Of a stretch of DNA of 64,000 bases, positions 25,301 through 40,000 are shown one piece after another. Origin of the DNA: Leptogorgia sarmentosa (lineage: Eukaryota); assembly GCA_964658305.1 (NCBI GenBank), contig OZ210885.1, forward strand, positions 930,001 through 994,000. Reading direction: 5' to 3'. Position numbers and translations under genes: made by a program. Under the pieces are notes generated by a model. It was not told the origin of the DNA, ran no database searches, and saw only the letters and a list, made by a program, of their open reading frames with translations. Numbering within the stretch: position 1 is the first letter of the stretch; each line of letters begins with the position of its first letter.

Positions 25301-28300
25301 GCCTGAATATCCCATAGGTACGAAGAATGTCAAATAAACAGACGATAATCGATTCCCTGTGGGAGTTTAAGGTCATTCAAATTGCACGAAAAACTTACTC
25401 AGGACTGCAGGAACAGCTTTTCGGCTGATTTGAATCAAATTTTTTTACTCACCCTGTATGACACACTTAGCTGTATTCTCTTAGCTAACATGGCTTTTAC
25501 ATTTTTTTTTCTCAAGAGGAATTATCAGAACAGATGACGGAACCTTTTTTATTCAACCTTTGAAGTCCCAAGATGGTCAAGTATGTTTTAAAGAAGCCTA
25601 TAAATTCGAATTCAAGCTAGAAATAATAATGCCTCTTCATCTTTCCTACATAAGATCAGGACGTCGACTTTAATTATGGGACCGGATTTTAGATAGTTTC
25701 TAATTCACTTACCAGATTGGCACAACCTCTAGCACAACCAAATTCGCGTTTACGAAATAATAAAAAATTTAGCTATATTTATCCATTTTTTAAATAAATT
25801 CTGGATAGGTTTATAAAAACGTAATAGATAAAATTACTGAATTTGATCAATTTGACGATCATCGTTGAGCCGCAATCCAGCTGGGGAACCAAATAACTTT
25901 CGAACCATTAGCAGGCCCTCGTGCATTTTCCTGAGGGGAATGATTTGGAAAAAACTGAGGGCACGCCACGCCGGCTAGTGAGACATTTGAACTCATAGAA
26001 ATTTAATATTCCATTATATTTAATACTCTAGCTAGTTAGAATTCAGTTTCAAGCAGTTAAATTCTACTATATTTCATCGCAATTGATAATTAAAAAGTCT
26101 CGCCATCAATTCCAATATTTTAGGTGTCAGCTGAACATGTCATGTTTGATGCAAATGATGTTAATGAACAACCAGCAACATGTGGTATGTGAAACTTTTA
26201 GCTCCCTTAGTATTTTTATTCTTCAAAAGTTCAACTAAACTGTTACATTTTATTCCCTTAAATTCTCCATATACGGAAAACAAGAAGTATTTCCTTTCTT
26301 TCGTTTTATAGGGCATAGTTCTCATAAAAAATCGTTTGATCGAGAAATCCATTCTAGTCATTCAACTGATTTTAAAAAAAGGGTTGGTATTACTTGTGTA
26401 ATAGTTCATAAAACTGGTGTTGGGAGTTGCATTGTCACTCGATGCGGCTAAAATGTAGCAATTACCTAACGAAATCAACGTCTGATCTAGTAGACGTGTG
26501 CATATTAATTGCCACTTGAAGATTGAACGCTTCCTTATCTTGTACGTTTCTATAACAGCTTGTTATTTATGTATAGGTTCGAAGAGATGCCCTGAGTGAA
26601 ACAAAATATATAGAATTTTTTATCATAAACGATAAAAAACAGGTATTGTAGAATTAAAGTTGCACCATCAGTGCTATGAAACCCTGGTGTGGTATTAGTA
26701 CATTGGTGATTAGCTAAATTTTACCATAAAACATAATGTACTTATAATAGAACATTTTTCTTTCATCATTCTAATAAGAAAAATATATTCCTGTAGTTTG
26801 AAAAATATGGTGAAAAAACTGAATTACGAGCTAAGCAACTGGTGAATCACCTTGACTCCGTAAGTTAAAAATCAACATTTTGTTTACAAAAACTATTGCA
26901 CACATAGAACATACGTAACACGACTCAATGATTTAGAAACCTAAAAATGATGTTTGTCATAGCTACAATTTCATTTTCCTTGGATTAGATTTATCGATTC
27001 CGCAAAATTAGGATTGCTTTGGTCAAAGTAGAAACATGGAAGGACAAGGATCTTATAACGGTTCACAGAAATGCTTCAATAACTCTCAGTAATTTTTTGG
27101 AATACAAGAAAAATAATCTTGTCAAATATAAAGGCAAACATTTTGACAATGTTCAACTTATAACGTATGTATGATTTATATGCATTCATTTTCAGTAAAA
27201 AATGTCTATGATGTCTCAAGATTTTCATTTCTGATTCCACAGTGCCTTGGATTTCGCTGGTACCACAGTTGGGTATGCACCAATACTAAGTATCTGTGGT
27301 AGACGTTCAGCAGCAATCGTCCAGGTAAGCTATACCTGCGCTTTTCCTATTATTGTGCTCCAAAAGTGGATTTCATTTTTTAAAAAGACAGCCTGGGGAA
27401 AAGGTGTGTTTACTATCAATTTTAGGACTACAGCAGCCAGGCAGCGTCTACAGCATCAACTATGGCTCATGAACTGGGACATAATTTGGGCATGAGACAT
27501 GACGAAAGCAGTAAGTTTTTTTTTTCATTGAGCGAACAACATCAAGGGTTTTAAAACGCTACAAAGTGAACGCATGTTTCGAATTTTCGAAGGGCGACTG
27601 AGCGCATAACTGAAATTCTTCCTATTTTCTATATTTTCTAACCTTGGAACGTTAATTCCGCGATTGATCAATATCTTCAACCCTTTTGATTCATGTGTAT
27701 TTTATTTGTGTTCAGCTTGTTTATGTCCAGACAATAACGAAAAATGTGTAATGAGTGCATTTTCAAGGTTTGTTGTTATATTATGGAAAACATTCAGTTC
27801 AGTTGCTGAAACTGGCATTAATGAGCACTGAATGATTTTGGAGGTTTTAATTAAATTTAAGATACTCCTCTCACATTTTCTGCTCTTTTTAATTTGACAG
27901 TGGAGCGGCTACAAGATTTTCCACGTGCAGTATAAACTACTTGAAAAATACTATAGAGAAAGGTTATGCACAGTGTTTGTTTGATGAGCCAACAAAGGTA
28001 ATGAATGGAGTGAACCTTCTGGTTTTATGTGGCTTTACAACGTAAAAAATCATCACGCAAAAAAAGCGGAAAAACATGAAATTGCATGCAATCAAGTTTT
28101 AATCTGTTGTTGTTCAAACTAGCTGTTTGGTGGTGCAATTTGTGGAAATGGTTTTGTCGAAGAAGGAGAACAGTGTGATTGTGGAACACAAGAGGTGCAG
28201 TATTATCTTATGACCGCATATTCATATTGGTTTCATCTCGCATACTTAGGCTGTTTGTTTGTATTTTAGGAATGTGATCATTTTCAAGACAAATGTTGTA

Positions 28301-31300
28301 ATGCCACCTCGTGCACTCTTCTCCCTGGAGCGAGGTGTAGTCATGGCGAGTGTTGCGAAAACTGCCAGGTTCGTCGTTGCGAAAATTATCATAGGAACCT
28401 TCCTTGCGGAATCTTTGCCCATCGCACGCAGCGTATTGAAATTTGCCAAATCCTCTTTCAGTACTTGTAGTTCTGCGCATGCATTTTCGAAGCACTGTGT
28501 GGCATTGACCATAGCATTGTTGTATTGAAACATCAATTTGAAAAATCTAAATTGTTTTTATTTTTGCAATGGCATGGTTTTCTGTTCGGACGACAACATG
28601 GTGTCACTTATTTTGCAGATCAAACAAAGAGGAACATTATGTCGAGCAGAGAAAACGCCTGATGATTGTGATCTTCCTGAATTTTGCACTGGAGAAAATG
28701 AAAAGGTGGAAATCTTTGTTGCCTTGGTAACCATCACATGAACATAACCTAATGTTTATTTTTCCATTGTTTAGTGTCCTGAAGATCATCATGTGTACGA
28801 TGGAATTTCTTGTCATGATAACAAAGTGAGTCAAGTGGTAGTACGTGGTATTTCTTATAAGAGTTGAAAAAGTGGAGAGGGTTGGGAGGACAAAATGGAG
28901 TGGGAAGTATGAGCTGGGGGGAGAGAGACGGGATGTATGCAAGACGAGCAAAGCAAAAGAGGGACAGAGTAGAAAAATGAAAGGGAGGAGACATAATAGA
29001 GTTTAAGTTACATAATATCAAAAAAAGAATGAGAGAACGGGAGACGAAATGGGCGACGAAAAAACAAACATAAGAGAGCAAAAGACCACACAGGAAGGAA
29101 GGAAATAGTGTGAAGATACAAGAGGAAGAAGAAAGACAATTAAGAAGTGGACGTAAAAGAGTTCTTTCGTAAATTTTTCAATCCATGTTTTTAGGGTTAC
29201 TGTTATGGAGGCATTTGTCGAAACGTTGAGTTACAGTGTCAACTGCTCTTCGGGAAAGGTAATTTTGCATTGACAGAGACAAGGACCTCACAACACTGTT
29301 GAAATATTGGAAAATATTTGTTTTAGATATTAAAGCTGGTTATCAATGGTGTTTCGACAGAAATACCGCTGGAAACGATTTTTTGAATTGTCATGATGCC
29401 GAAACAAACGGTTATTTTGCTTGTCCTGAAAAGTGAGTAATTATCGCACGAAGCGAAATAAAATAAAATGAAAACAAAGTGAATAAAAGGAAGAAATCTC
29501 TATTTATATCTTGGTATTCGCAGAACTATCTATAGCGCCTTTTAATCATTTGTATATAATAATTCGTTTATTCTTCTCCTATTTAGAGATGTAAATTGCG
29601 GTAGGATCCACTGTTTGACAGACAAACGAGCCGAAACGAAATTAATAAAAGGCCAAGACCGATCTTTCAGTTTTGTATCTCGAGATGGAATAAATTGGTG
29701 CATGTAAGTTTGCTTATGTTGCCTCTTACAGCAATACTGCACAACTACAGATCTATTGCCAATATCCCTCAACCTCCTGCCACGCAAGTTATACTTCGCC
29801 CTTAATATTCCCAGGCTACAGTCTTTTATTTTCCGTCACATTTTTTGGATACAATCCAAATGAAACTAGGAACGATTGATTGTTTGAAAAGCTTTTCGGG
29901 AAGTTAAAATTTGAATTATTCAAATTGCTTTCCTAGCTATATGAAAAATCGGTTTACTTCGACAATGAGACACCTATATGAAGATGACAGCATAATTATA
30001 AATATGACTGGTTGGTTTAATGGCTGAAGGTAGCTAATACTTCAACAAGCTAATATTACAGGATTAAATTTTGTTATAAAAATTTATACGATTACAACAG
30101 AACTCATGCTGATGTGAGCAATCTCCAATCAACCAACTAGCTTAGGTTGATGTCTGTGATTTGAGCTATAATAGCACACTTTTCAACCAATCTGATTGCT
30201 AGAATCGTGCGCGATTTTAATATGCATTGAAGACGCGTATACAAAATGTTTAAATTAAATGTTGGTCACTTTTAAAACGTGAATGTGTTGTATTGTAGCG
30301 CTCCAAAACTCTCTTGGGGGGACGGACGTGACCCTCAGTATGTTGAAGATGGCACAAAATGCGGAGAAGGAAAAGTAAGACTAGAATTCTCTTTCGTCTT
30401 TCAACCAACCATTTGCATTTTCTTCAAAATCTCGCTATTTTAATGGGCCATGGCAATCACTACACGCTTTTTCTGAAATATCAAGCCACTTAATTTAAAC
30501 TGTAAGTTAATAATAGCGGAATCACAGTTTACTGAAAGTAATGTATTTGTCTCTTTTGGTAGATGTGTATGAACAGCAGGTGTATTCCTGTGGCTGAAGC
30601 TGTGCCAATTTCTGCACACATCAAATGTCCTTTGAATTGTTCAGGAAATGGGGTAGGTATAACCAAGCCTTTAATATGTGCGGTCACTATATATCGGTAA
30701 TGAATAACAACACTAATAAGCAAAGGGACCGTTCGGAGGATACTTTCATTCTGTTTGTATGTTTGTGTTGACCTTTGCTGCTGTTAACGAACTTTTACTT
30801 GCTCTTGGAATCCCTTAAAAAAATTTTCGTGTTTTTCAGCTAAATTTAAACATATGGCAGGTTTTAAACTGTTAGGATTTTAAACTATCATCTGACCCCT
30901 TTCTGATCTAAATCTACATTGGAAAATAGCGGATAGTAGAAACCCAAACGTGTGTGAAACAAAGTCCGTCACTGATCAAGACTTTCTTATCAGGTGTGCA
31001 ATAGTAACGGGAACTGTCACTGCAATAAAGGATTTGCATGTCCAGACTGTAAAGAATTCAGATCGGATGACGGGGGAAGCGTGGATAGCGGACAAGGATG
31101 TCCTAAACTCCCCCAAACGGAAGCTCCCCCACACATCAAATGTCCTTTGAATTGTTCAGGAAATGGGGTACGTAACCAAGCTTTTCTTCGCAACTAAAAT
31201 CTTTAAACGTTAACACGCTACGATTTGTCCGGCACGATTAGCATTCTGGCGTATGTAATTGAGTGAGCACGCACGAGAAAGTTGCATTTCAAATTACGAT

Positions 31301-33158
31301 TAAATCTTAACGAAGGACAAACATGCCACAAATCTCAGCGTGTAAACGTATCTTCAGACTGACTTCTTCTGAAAAACCTATTTTGAAATGCAATAAGAAC
31401 AAAATCAATTAAATCAAGTTTTTATTTTAGGTGTGCAATAGTACAAATGGAAGATGTCGTTGCAATGAAGGATTTGCATGTCCTTACTGCAAAGAGATCG
31501 GGTCTGGTGGACAAGAATGTCCACATCGAATAGTGGAGGATCCGAAGAGTAAGTTGTATGACAAAATAATTTTCATTTTGACGTCGTCAGTGGGAGGATA
31601 AGCTATAAGTTTAAGCTGGAATTGCCCCTCCAAATATGAATAAGATCCAGTCCCTTGATCTGGATTATGACAAATTCAACCATCATTTCTGATCAACTGT
31701 TTTGGTCTCAAGGTTCCAGCGTGAATGTAGCTGCAGCGGTTGTTATTCCTCTGATCTTACTGCTTCTAATTGGAATTGCTATTCTTGTCTACATAAAACG
31801 ACGGACAATTCAAGACCGTCTTCGTCTACCCAAGTTTGCACGTCCATCTACGTAAGTATTGGTATCTTCATACTGTGATCTCCTAACCCTAACTTAAAGA
31901 TGCAGTAAAGTCCGTTCTTTCTTCTCATAACAAAGTGCTTTATTGCAGATGCGACCGTTGGAACTTTATGTAAATAGCGCCAATGACCGTTACTTATACG
32001 TAAATTCATTTTGCTTGATTAAATTATAATTCCAATGTTTGGCACCCCAACAATTTGTTTGTTATGAGTAGAAAGAATGCGCACAACGGACTTTACTGCA
32101 TCTTTAACTTTTTCAGTATAAATTCTGACCTTAGTCATAGTGGTACCATGCTTATTTTAATAATAATAATTTATAAATTTATTGGAAATCTCCAAATGAA
32201 AAAATGTTTGCCAGCAGACAATTTCATAATACAATTTCTTGCTTTAAAACTGTATTCATGGCGATTCATTGTGTTTAGATTTGGTAAATCGTCAAGTGCT
32301 TCACCTCCACCAAAATCAGCACCTGCGTCTTTTCTGAATCCAAGTATGATCTCTAATCCAATCCCCGCTGACCAACCAGTGGTACAGTCAAACCGTCCGC
32401 TTCCGAGAAGATTTAGAGGTAACCCCAATCTTTAGAAACACGTTTGTGCAGTCTTTATAATTAATAAAACAACGTAATCAACGTAATATTTTGATATTTT
32501 AGCTTCTTTAGTGAAAAACGAACAACCTGATCCACAATCTACCCCTCCTCAAGTCCCTAGAGGTCCCCTAAAACCACCTGGTGCCCCTGCACAAAGAGAA
32601 GCTGTGGCATTATTTCCTCCAAGCGGCGCATCAGTTCCTCAAGAAACAGTCAAACCCACACCGCCTCCGCCCACCCGCCCCACGGCCACGCGGAACATAC
32701 CAGGCACACCTCCCACCTCACAAAACAGACCAAAACTCCCTCCGAATAAAAATACCGCTGGCAATAAATTCGCAGCAGACAAACCTCCAGCTGCTGATGA
32801 TACAAGCAGAACACCGCCTGTGCCTAAAAAACCAAACGTTGTCCCTCCCCGTCCCAAACCCTCCGTTCCACCAGGCAGTCACCAGTCTGTACCAGAAGTC
32901 CCCGTTCCAGTTCCCAAACCGAAGAATGTTGCGCGGCGGCCTGGACAACACTCCGTACCACAATTTAATCTTCCTGATAATCCTGAAGACGGGGGGTCGG
33001 TTAAACCTTCTGATGTGAAAGCGAACCAGGCTAAACCTTCGCCCCCAAGAAGACCTAGAGCAAATGAAGACATCGACGAAAATCGCGTAGACTTTCGAGC
33101 TGGTCTCAAACCCGTACCCAAACCCTGGGAAAACTCTAAAATTAATTCAACAAGTTAA
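16342..33158 (+). CDS. ADAM-family membrane metalloprotease-disintegrin, ~29 exons
   Basis: Exons in order encode a signal peptide (16342-16411), a prodomain (YEIITP at 16688-16815; [17 protein letters not shown] at 24752-24837), a furin site RVRR (26380-26585), an intact zinc motif [12 protein letters not shown] (27426-27510), Met-turn CVM (27716-27767), a disintegrin ([15 protein letters not shown] at 28123-28194; [16 protein letters not shown] at 28619-28705), a Cys-rich domain, two EGF-like units, a TM helix (31713-31851) and a Pro-rich tail (32503-33158). Intron phases were consistent where checked. Confidence 0.93.
19041..23755 (-). CDS. MULE DDE transposase, ~1203 aa (exons 23755-23518, 22602-21753, 21564-19041; alternative ATG at 23806)
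   Basis: GT-AG introns join three ORFs in frame (238+850+2524=3612 nt). Motifs are IDTTFN (D1), GTDEE (D2), NPIE (E), SWIM-like CDC..CAD and C-terminal CYGC...YYH. Confidence 0.85.
23022..23392. mobile_element. PIF/Harbinger (Tourist)-like MITE nested in transposase intron 1
   Basis: IR GCATCCATA(C/T)TCAACTTGCCACGAG(A/G)AACGTCAA at both ends, GG...CC termini, and TAA on both flanks (23019-23021, 23393-23395). Confidence 0.7.
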
Positions 33159-34050
33159 GTATGTACACAAATCTTATACTCATTTGGACATTTATTATTT
33201 AGGAAGGTCTCCTCGTGAGTATGCGGTAGTTTGATTTTTTGTTTATTTTTCTTTGATTTTAATCATGGGAAAATGGACACAGCCACACAGGCTCCTTTAA
33301 TTCTCTTTTACTATCAACCAGTTTGGTGAATTACGATATACGGCAAAACTGGGTCTTGCTTTGCGCCTTCGCAGAAGCATTCACAGTTATTTATCGTAAA
33401 ATAACAAGTGTTTAGCAATAATTTCAATATTCAAAGCTCAGACAATTTGGGCTGTTAATGAAAGTTTGCCGGTTTTCAATCTGTCCGAGTTTGGCCACCA
33501 TGATTAATTTTAAAACATTGTACCTTGTAATTAACACCTTCATTATTTCAAGTTGTAAATAATTTGCTTTGAATATAATATAACAATGATATTATGAGTA
33601 TAGGTTATTGGTAGCAAATTGCAGATCGACTGCAAACTGATGGTTAAAACAGCACATAGCAGTCCCGTCGGAAGTATAATTTATGATTGGGGGGAGGGGC
33701 TGAAAAACCATATTAGTGATTTACAGTGATTTACTTTACCGGATGGTTTGGGGAGAGAGCTGAGGCACGTTTTTCTGGAGATTTTTGACGGGAACATTCA
33801 AAACGAGGGTGCAATATGTTAAATTCCTGTTGAAAAATTATATCTGATGGCTTCCTTTATTATTCTATTTATTATTGGCGGCCGTGGTGGGGGATTGATG
33901 ATTCATTGGCGGGGGGGGGGGGGGGGGGGGGGAGGAGGATGATGACGAAGCGAGTGAAAAGTGTCAAATTTCATATGGAAGCTATGGAAGCACATGTTGT
34001 AGTAGTTGATAATCGATATCGAAAGTACAGTAACGTTAACGTTTTGTAGA

Positions 34051-37000
34051 ATGGCTTCTTCAAGAAATGTTTCTGTAGATGAACTAGAAGCTTTACTAGA
34101 GTGTCCAATCTGCATGGAAACATTGACATCACCAAGAAGCCTACCTTGCTTCCACAATTTCTGCAAAGTGTGTTTGGAAAAGTACGTTGCAGGTCTTCGT
34201 GATGGCAACAACATTGAGACATTCCCATGTCCAACATGTCGATCAGAATTCACGCTCAAATCAAACGAGAATGTCGAGGGAATGGCGGGGAATTATTTCA
34301 TCAGAAATATGCTCGAAATCATGAATCTACAACAAGAAGCTAAGGTATATATTTTAATACCTTTTGGAGCATAAATTTCTTCTCTCCATAAAACTTTCGA
34401 TCTCTCAATTTACCATTTCTAATTCATCGTCACTAGTGCTGAGTGTAATTTTAGAATACCTGGCAATCGAAGTGTAGGTAATCATTACTGACAACTACAT
34501 GGGTTAGGAGTTAGGATAAGAGTTAGAGTAAGGGATAATAATAGAATCAGGATCTATAGGAACATAACATTCTTCCTGTAGTAGTATCTAGTTTAAAGTA
34601 ACCCAATGCCAATAATTATCAATTATTGGACGAGGTCGAGCAAAATATCGCGATTTGTCGGTGGCGAGCAGATCAATTATTTGCCGATGCCGAAGGCAGA
34701 GGCAAATAATTGATCTGCGAGCCATCGACAAAATCGCGATATTTTGCGAGATCTCGTCCAATAATTGTTTTATTATTCACTTACAAAGCATACTTACAAG
34801 GTAGACGTATACAACGAGCTTTACATACAAATTTTATTTCATAAAAAAATAATACTGGTTTACAGAAAAAACCTTCTTCTTTTAAATTTTTCTTTCTTTT
34901 AAATATTGCCGGTAAGACACTGACGGCCGTTTTGGTGGCTTTTTTTGTATCATCTGAATTTTTTTCCTCTAGTAAACAAGACAGCTCGTCTTCTGATAGT
35001 TCAGGAAAACGAGCCGCCATTGTTTACAAAAAAGTGACGCAATGCGCATGCTCAGACTATTATTTGCAGGTGAGCAACCTTTTTAACAAATGCGCATGCT
35101 CAGACTATTATTTGCACGCAGTTATTTGCAGGTAAATTGACCAATCAAAATTGAGAATACTATAAAGTGAATAATAATGCCAAATAATGGTTTTAGGACG
35201 TCAGGGAACATGTGTTAATAGTACACAAGTGATAATGCTACCATCCCACCTCGGCACCCCATGTTGAAGGAATATATATAAGGAATTCATAAAATTCAAG
35301 TACTAAATAGTTGTAATTGAAACAAAAGTTCCTGGATTACAGTTCAACAAACAGAAACAGTTGTATTCACTCACTTAAAGATACAAGTATATAATATTCA
35401 AAATTTCAAGCATTTAAACCCTTCATAGGCAAACTAGTGTGATTCTGGCTCACAAAATTCTGTAGCATATGGCTCAGAAAATGATTGTGCCACAAGAGTA
35501 GGATCATTTGCTGTCATACCTGATCCTAGCTGGCTGGGGTTGAAGAGGCCATGTGTTTCCTATAATTGAAAGTCAGGTTTACTTGCATACTCAGTCTGGT
35601 AGAACTCGTTTTCTTGATAATGCAAGAAACTATAATAGATCAGGGCATCAGGCAGTGCAAAAAGGGTAATATGATGTTTTGTTTTGTTCAGGCATCAACA
35701 TGTCAATGTTGTGAAAGTGCTGCAGTTTATCGTTGTTTAACCTGTGTGATGTTCATGTGTGAGAATTGCTGCAATTGGCACAGCAAATGGCCTGCAAACA
35801 AGAAGCATACTGTGTTGTCTATAAATGACATCAGCAATCCTGAAGGTCAAGCAAAGATAAAAAGTAAACTTTACTGTAAAAAACATCAAGATAAAACACT
35901 CAAGTTTTATTGTGAAACATGCAAGGTAAGATTTTGAGAAAAAAAGCCCAGGTGCATGTATTCTTGATACAAAAACTGTGGAATAATTATAGAATACCCT
36001 ACCAACTTGGAAAGACAAAATGAAAATGTCCTGGATTTATCCAAGACAAAATGAAAATGTCCTGGATTTATCCAAGACAAAGAAAATGTCCTGGATTTAT
36101 CCAAGACAAACTGAAAATGTCCTGGATTTATCCAAGACAAAATGAAAATGTCCTGGATTTATCCAAGACAAAATGAAAATGTCCTGGATTTATCCAAGAC
36201 AAAATGAAAATGTCCTGGATTTATCCAAGACAAAATGAAAATGTCCTGGATTTATCCAAGACAAAATGAAAATGTCCTGGATTTATCCAAGACAAAATGA
36301 AAATGTCCTGGATTTATCCAAGACAAACTGAAAATGTCCTGGATTTATCCAAGACAAAATGAAAATGTCCTGGATTTATCCAAGACAAAATGAAAATGTC
36401 CTGGATTTATCCAAGACAAAATGAAAATGTCCTGGATTTATCCAAGACAAAATGAAAATGTCCTGGATTTATCCAAGACAAAATGAAAATGTCCTGGATT
36501 TATCCAAGACAAAGAAAATGTCCTGGATTTATCCAAGACAAACTGAAAATGTCCTGGATTTATCCAAGACAAAATGAAAATGTCCTGGATTTATCCAAGA
36601 CAAAATGAAAATGTCCTGGATTTATCCAAGACAAAATGAAAATGTCCTGGATTTATCCAAGACAAAATGAAAATGTCCTGGATTTATCCAAGACAAAATG
36701 AAAATGTCCTGGATTTATCCAAGACAAAATGAAAATGTCCTGGATTTATCCAAGACAAACTGAAAATGTCCTGGATTTATCCAAGACAAAATGAAAATGT
36801 CCTGGATTTATCCAAGACAAAATGAAAATGTCCTGGATTTATCCAAGACAAACTGAAAATGTCCTGGATTTATCCAAGACAAAATGAAAATGTCCTGGAT
36901 TTATCCAAGACAAAATGAAAATGTCCTGGATTTATCCAAGACAAAATGAAAATGTCCTGGATTTATCCAAGACAAACTGAAAATGTCCTGGATTTATCCA

Positions 37001-40000
37001 AGACAAAATGAAAATGTCCTGGATTTATCCAAGACAAAATGAAAATGTCCTGGATTTATCCAAGACAAAATGAAAATGTCCTGGATTTATCCAAGACAAA
37101 ATGAAAATGTCCTGGATTTATCCAAGACAAAATGAAAATGTCCTGGATTTAGCCAAGACAAAATGAAAATGTCCTGGATTTATCCAAGACAAAATGAAAA
37201 TGTCCTGGATTTATCCAAGACAAAGAAAATGTCCTGGATTTATCCAAGACAAAGAAAATGTCCTGGATTTATCCAAGACAAAATGAAAATGTCCTGGATT
37301 TATCCAAGACAAAATGAAAATGTCCTGGATTTATCCAAGACAAAGAAAATGTCCTGGATTTATCCAAGACAAAATGAAAATGTCCTGGATTTATCCAAGA
37401 CAAAATGAAAATGTCCTGGATTTATCCAAGACAAAATGAAAATGTCCTGGATTTATCCCAGACAAACTGAAAATGTCCTGGATTTATCCAAGACAAAATG
37501 AAAATGTCCTGGATTTATCCAAGACAAACTGAAAATGTCCTGGATTTATCCAAGACAAAATGATAATGTCCTGGATTTATCCAAGACAAAATGAAAATGT
37601 CCTGGATTTATCCAAGACAAAATGATAATGTCCTGGATTTATCCAAGACAAAATGAAAATGTCCTGGATTTATCCAAGACAAAATGATAATGTCCTGGAT
37701 TTATCCAAGACAAAATGAAAATGTCCTGGATTTATCCCAGACAAACTGAAAATGTCCTGGATTTATCCAAGACAAAATGAAAATGTCCTGGATTTATCCA
37801 AGACAAAATGATAATGTTCTGGATTTATCCAAGACAAAATGAAAATGTCCTGGATTTATCCCAGACAAACTGAAAATGTCCTGGATTTATCCAAGACAAA
37901 ATGAAAATGTCCTGGATTTATCCAAGACAAAATGATAATGTTCTGGATTTATCCAAGACAAAATGAAAATGTCCTGGATTTATCCAAGACAAAATGAAAA
38001 TGTCCTGGATTTATCCAAGACAAAATGAAAATGTCCTGGATTTATCCAAGACAAAATGAAAATGTCCTGGATTTATCCAAGACAAAATGAAAATGTCCTG
38101 GATTTATCCAAGACAAAGAAAATGTCCTGGATTTATCCAAGACAAAATGAAAATGTCCTGGATTTATCCAAGACAAAATGAAAATGTCCTGGATTTATCC
38201 AAGACAAAATGAAAATGTCCTGGATTTATCCCAGACAAACTGAAAATGTCCTGGATTTATCCAAGACAAAATGAAAATGTCCTGGATTTATCCAAGACAA
38301 ACTGAAAATGTCCTGGATTTATCCAAGACAAAATGAAAATGTCCTGGATTTATCCAAGACAAAATGATAATGTTCTGGATTTATCCAAGACAAAATGAAA
38401 ATGTCCTGGATTTATCCAAGACAAAATGATAATGTTCTGGATTTATCCAAGATAAAATGAAAATGTCCTGGATTTATCGAAGACAAAATGAAAATGTCCT
38501 GGATTTATCCAAGACAAAATGAAAATGTCCTGGATTTATCCAAGACAAAATGAAAATGTCCTGGATTTATCCAAGACAAAATGAAAATGTCCTGGATTTA
38601 TCCAAGACAAAATGATAATGTTCTGGATTTGTCCAAGATAAAATGAAAATGTCCTGGATTTATCGAAGACAAAATGAAAATGTCCTGGATTTATCCAAGA
38701 CAAAATGAAAATGTCCTGGATTTATCCAAGACAAAGAAAATGTCCTGGATTTATCCAAGACAAAATGAAAATGTCCTGGATTTATCCAAGACAAAACGAA
38801 AATGTCCTGGATTTATCCAAGACAAAATGAAAATGTCCTGGATTTATCCAAGACAAAGAAAATGTCCTGGATTTATCCAAGACAAAATGAAAATGTCCTG
38901 GATTTATCCAAGACAAAATGAAAATGTCCTGGATTTATCCAAGACAAAATGAAAATGTCCTGGATTTATCCAAGACAAAATGAAAATGTCCTGGATTTAT
39001 CCAAGAAAAAATGAAAATGTCCTGGATTTATCCAAGACAAACTGAAAATGTCCTGGATTTATCCAAGACAAAATGAAAATGTCCTGGATTTATCCAAGAC
39101 AAAATGAAAATGTCCTGGATTTATCCAAGACAAAATGAAAATGTCCTGGATTTATCCAAGACAAAATGAAAATGTCCTGGATTTATCCAAGACAAAATGA
39201 AAATGTCCTGGATTTATCCAAGACAAAATGAAAATGTCCTGGATTTATCCAAGACAAAATGAAAATGTCCTGGATTTATCCAAGACAAAATGAAAATGTC
39301 CTGGATTTATCCAAGACAAAATGAAAATGTCCTGGATTTATCCAAGACAAAATGAAAATGTCCTGGATTTATCCAAGACAAAATGAAAATGTCCTGGATT
39401 TATCCAAGACAAAATGAAAATGTCCTGGATTTATCCAAGATAAAATGAAAATGTCCTGGATTTATCCAAGACAAAATGAAAATGTCCTGGATTTATCCAA
39501 GACAAAATGAAAATGTCCTGGATTTATCCAAGACAAAATGAAAATGTCCTGGATTTATCCAAGACAAAATGAAAATGTCCTGGATTTATCCAAGACAAAA
39601 TGAAAATGTCCTGGATTTATCCAAGACAAAATGAAAATGTCCTGGATTTATCCAAGACAAAATGAAAATGTCCTGGATTTATCCAAGACAAAATGAAAAT
39701 GTCCTGGATTTATCCAAGACAAAATGAAAATGTCCTGGATTTATCCAAGACAAAATGAAAATGTCCTGGATTTATCCAAGACAAACTGAAAATGTCCTGG
39801 ATTTATCCAAGACAAAATGAAAATGTCCTGGATTTATCCAAGACAAAATGAAAATGTCCTGGATTTATCCAAGACAAAATGAAAATGTCCTGGATTTATC
39901 CAAGACAAAATGAAAATGTCCTGGATTTATCCAAGACAAAATGAAAATGTCCTGGATTTATCCAAGACAAACTGAAAATGTCCTGGATTTATCCAAGACA

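Noticed and set aside
33905..33940. Poly-G tract giving a poly-Pro ORF (also 9293-9323)
   Set aside because: A homopolymer, likely a MITE relic with unreliable length, and not coding.
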